Shown one piece after another: positions 61,055-64,000 of a stretch of 64,000 bases of DNA. The stretch is from positions 1,312,001-1,376,000 of the forward strand of contig CAXXDV010000001.1 in assembly GCA_963674745.2 (NCBI GenBank). Direction: 5' to 3'. Made by a program: the position numbers and the translations under genes. The stretch comes from Desulfosudaceae bacterium (GTDB taxonomy: Bacteria > Desulfobacterota > Desulfobacteria > Desulfobacterales > Desulfosudaceae). Within the stretch, counting starts at the first letter, position 1. Every line of letters starts with the position of its first letter. The notes beneath the pieces are model-generated. The model saw only the letters and a program-made list of their open reading frames with translations. It ran no database searches and had not been told where the DNA came from.

Positions 61055-61435
61055 ATGTCACAACAACCCCTGAGAATAATGATTATCGATGACGAACAGA
61101 TCGTCGGTAAGCGACTGAAACCGGCTTTGGAAAAAACCGGCGGTGTTGTGGAAGCTTTTGAAGAAGGGCAAAAAGCCCTGGCCAGGTTTGATGAAGCCCC
61201 GTTCGATATTGTGGTTACGGATATCCGCATGGAAAAAATTGACGGGATTCAGATCCTGGAACACATCATGGCAAAATCCGCCCGAACCAAGGTTATTATC
61301 ATTACCGGTTATGCCACAGTTGAAATCGCCCGGGAGGCGCTTTCCAAAGGCGCATTTGATTTTATCGCAAAACCGTTCAAGCCGTCGGATTTGCGGGAGA
61401 TTATCGAGCGGGCAGCCAGGGAACTGCAGTCCTGA
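61055..61435 (+). CDS. Stand-alone receiver-domain response regulator
   Basis: IDDE, VTDIRM, ITGY, AKPF; near-identical to 59594. Confidence 0.93.
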   Translation: MSQQPLRIMIIDDEQIVGKRLKPALEKTGGVVEAFEEGQKALARFDEAPFDIVVTDIRMEKIDGIQILEHIMAKSARTKVIIITGYATVEIAREALSKGAFDFIAKPFKPSDLREIIERAARELQS

Positions 61436-61469
61436 CGTTTAACCGCCTTGCCGAAAAGGAGTTATCACC

Positions 61470-63956
61470 ATGGCAATACAATCGGACAGTACCGTCGGCC
61501 TTAAAAAGGATTATATCTTCAGGTTTCGTTATGAAACACTTCGCTCTCTGTTGAATAAAAACGGGGGCGCGCTTCAAATCTTAAGTGACCTGGAAGCGGA
61601 TTTAAACCACATGCGACACTATGATAAACGGATCAAGCGGCCCATTCAGCGCCTGATTACAGAGTCTTTGCTCATGGCTCAGGAGTTAAACCTGATGAGC
61701 GGTGACCATTATACGGATCTTTATGATGTTATCTTTCAGCTTCGTGATAAAACCGACCGACTGTTCTCCGGGCAGCGGCCGGATGAAAAAAAGCCCCTGG
61801 TAATAAAGCTGGATGAAGGGCAGGACGCCGACCCGGTGCTGATCGGGGGTAAGGCGTCCGGGCTTCAGCGGCTCGGCCGTTATTTTCCGGAGCTGGTTCC
61901 ACCGGGTTTTGTGGTGACCACCGCTGCCTATCAACTTGTTCTGGAAGAGAACAACATTGATGACCGCATTCGAATTTTACTCAACAACCTGGATGTCACC
62001 GAAGACCAGTCTCAGTTTCAATCCCGAACCCGGACCATACGCGGCATGATCCGGGAAGCGGCGATCAGCGAAAACATTGAAACAGCCGTCAAAGAACAGG
62101 CCGATTTGCTGACGCAGCAGTTTCCCGACTGCCTGTGGGCCGTTCGGTCATCGGCCGTGTGCGAAGATGGTCCCCAGTCTTTTGCCGGACAGTTTGACAC
62201 CGAGCTTCAGGTTAAAGCCGAAGATCTTCTGACCGCCTATCGTCACGTGCTGGCCGGCCGGTTTACGGATCGGGCGGTGAAATACCGTTTTAACCATAAT
62301 TTAAGAGAAGTCGATACGCCCATGGCGGTTTTGTTTATACCCATGATACAACCGGTTTCGGCCGGTGTCATCTACACCTCCGGCACAAAAGAACCGGGGG
62401 CTGATCTCATGGAAATCAGTGCCGTGGCCGGACTGGCCAACCGTATGGTCAAAGGGGAAGAACCGGGGGATACGTTTTTCGTGACAAAAACCGGTACACC
62501 GCAAATCACGCGGATGATTACGGCTTCCGGTCAGGCCCGGAAGGACAGTACCGTGGCATATATCACCAACGATAAGATTCAGGAGCTGGCCGGAATTGCC
62601 GGTCTGGCAGTGCAGCAGTTCGGACATGAACTGGATATGGAATGGGCGGTGGACAAGGATGGAAAAATTTATCTGCTTCAGGCCAGACGGCTGAATGTTG
62701 TTTCCGCTGAAGACATTATGGTGAAGCTGGCCAAGGGGAAAGACGCCGTGCCGATAATAGAAGGGGGGGTTACCATTTTTCCGGGCCGGGCCGAAGGGCC
62801 GGTAAAATTTATCAAGCCGGATGACAGCCTGGCGGATGTGCCCGAGGGAGTGGTGGCCGTCATCGAACAGCCCCTGCCCGAAATGGCCACGATTTTGCCG
62901 AAAATTGCCGCCCTGCTGGTCATGGAAGGCAGCCCGGTGGGCCATCTGGCAACACTGGTGCGGGAGTTTGCCGTACCCTGTATTTTCCGGATTGGCAAAA
63001 ACGCCGCGCTTCTGTCCGGTAAACACATCGTCAGTGTGAATGCCACCAGGCGATGTGTTTATGATGGCGTTCGCTGGGCTGGAATCCGGGAACGTGTGCT
63101 TTCCCGGATCGCGGCCGGGAACCGGCACCAGAAAAAATCCGGTCCGCTTTATGATCTTGTGCTGGGCCTCAACCTTCTTGATCCGGATGCCTCATCATTC
63201 AAGGCCAGATCATGTCAATCCGTCCATGACACCTTGCGTTTTATGCATGAAATGTCGGTTCGGTCCATGTTCGGTTTCGGGGACAGCCAGAACCGCGGAT
63301 GGAGCAAAACCAGCAGTAAGCTGGAAACCGACCTGCCGTTGAAAGCACAGCTGATTGACCTGGATCAGTCGATTTCCGAAAAGACCAAAAAGGTCTCTCC
63401 GGGCGCTGTGGCCAGCGTCCCTTTTATGGCGCTTTGGCGGGGTATATCGGACACTCGCCTGGTCTGGCCGGAACGCTGGGAAAAAACCATGCGCGGCATG
63501 CCGTCAGATTTTACGGAAACGGTTTTAGGCGGCAACAGGGGGCCGAGGCGGCCTTCAGATAAAAATTATGCTATAATTGCCAAAGACTATATGAACTTAA
63601 ATGCCAGGTTTGCTTATCATTATGCCATGGTCGATGCCATGGTCGGTCCGGGTACGGAACATAATCATGTGCATTTCAGGTTCCGGGGCGGGGGAGGACA
63701 GGAAGACAACAAGCAGCGGCGGGCCCGGTTTCTGGAACGGGTTCTGCGCGAATCCGGGTTCGGCGTTGATCGAAGCGGAGACCTGGTTACGGCCTGGTTC
63801 AGGCGATATCCGCAGCAGGACTCTGAACGTGCGCTTGAGCTTCTCGGCCGGTTGATGGTCTGTGCCCAGCAGCTGGACGTGGTGCTGAAAACCGATGCGG
63901 CCGTAAAACTTTACGCGGAATATTTTCAAAGTGAACAGTATGGTATGTTCGGATAA
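61470..63956 (+). CDS. PEP synthase/pyruvate,water dikinase-like protein (ATP-grasp + phospho-His domain, short atypical C-terminus)
   Basis: IGGKASGL, VPPGFVVT, AVRSSAVCED...SFAGQF, DMEWA..LLQAR, GSPVGHLATLVREFAVP. Confidence 0.88.
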   Translation: MAIQSDSTVGLKKDYIFRFRYETLRSLLNKNGGALQILSDLEADLNHMRHYDKRIKRPIQRLITESLLMAQELNLMSGDHYTDLYDVIFQLRDKTDRLFSGQRPDEKKPLVIKLDEGQDADPVLIGGKASGLQRLGRYFPELVPPGFVVTTAAYQLVLEENNIDDRIRILLNNLDVTEDQSQFQSRTRTIRGMIREAAISENIETAVKEQADLLTQQFPDCLWAVRSSAVCEDGPQSFAGQFDTELQVKAEDLLTAYRHVLAGRFTDRAVKYRFNHNLREVDTPMAVLFIPMIQPVSAGVIYTSGTKEPGADLMEISAVAGLANRMVKGEEPGDTFFVTKTGTPQITRMITASGQARKDSTVAYITNDKIQELAGIAGLAVQQFGHELDMEWAVDKDGKIYLLQARRLNVVSAEDIMVKLAKGKDAVPIIEGGVTIFPGRAEGPVKFIKPDDSLADVPEGVVAVIEQPLPEMATILPKIAALLVMEGSPVGHLATLVREFAVPCIFRIGKNAALLSGKHIVSVNATRRCVYDGVRWAGIRERVLSRIAAGNRHQKKSGPLYDLVLGLNLLDPDASSFKARSCQSVHDTLRFMHEMSVRSMFGFGDSQNRGWSKTSSKLETDLPLKAQLIDLDQSISEKTKKVSPGAVASVPFMALWRGISDTRLVWPERWEKTMRGMPSDFTETVLGGNRGPRRPSDKNYAIIAKDYMNLNARFAYHYAMVDAMVGPGTEHNHVHFRFRGGGGQEDNKQRRARFLERVLRESGFGVDRSGDLVTAWFRRYPQQDSERALELLGRLMVCAQQLDVVLKTDAAVKLYAEYFQSEQYGMFG

Positions 63957-64000
63957 GTTTTGGTGTTATATATCACTTATGTTCAAGACGGGTGTTTTAC

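Noticed and set aside
61470..63956. Calling this gene ppsA
   Set aside because: The C-terminal PEP/pyruvate-binding barrel motifs are absent and there is an extra N-terminal helical domain

Overview
Chromosomal window from an anaerobic bacterium whose gene content and intergenic repeats resemble Desulfobacterota/Desulfobacterales (inferred, not proven). It contains a GntR operon running off the left edge into a 2-hydroxyacyl-CoA dehydratase subunit, an OmpR-type two-component pair, an amidohydrolase, cinA, and a complete trpEGDC-x-FBA operon with a Trp-rich leader/attenuator and a translationally coupled orphan N6-adenine DNA methyltransferase. An acyl-CoA catabolic region follows (PaaI, START protein, enoyl-CoA hydratase, porin, GMC oxidoreductase, two dehydratase subunits, one frameshifted by a 25-bp duplication, and two activases). 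Next come rubrerythrins, a ferredoxin, a CzcCBA-type efflux system, a MerB-like gene divergent from an activase-less glycyl radical enzyme, pncB/pncA, queG-like, cyclophilin, Fe-S and radical SAM genes. The most intriguing element is at the right end: a sigma54-driven cluster (USP-like, SLC13/TrkA-C permease, two cytidylate-kinase-like proteins, two near-identical stand-alone receivers, a PEP-synthase-like dikinase lacking a full pyruvate domain, and a paralogue stripped of its catalytic core). It may be a histidine-kinase-independent phosphorelay. No rRNA, tRNA, CRISPR array or transposase was seen. Three small intergenic repeat families are present. All family calls come from motif recognition by eye, without database searches.
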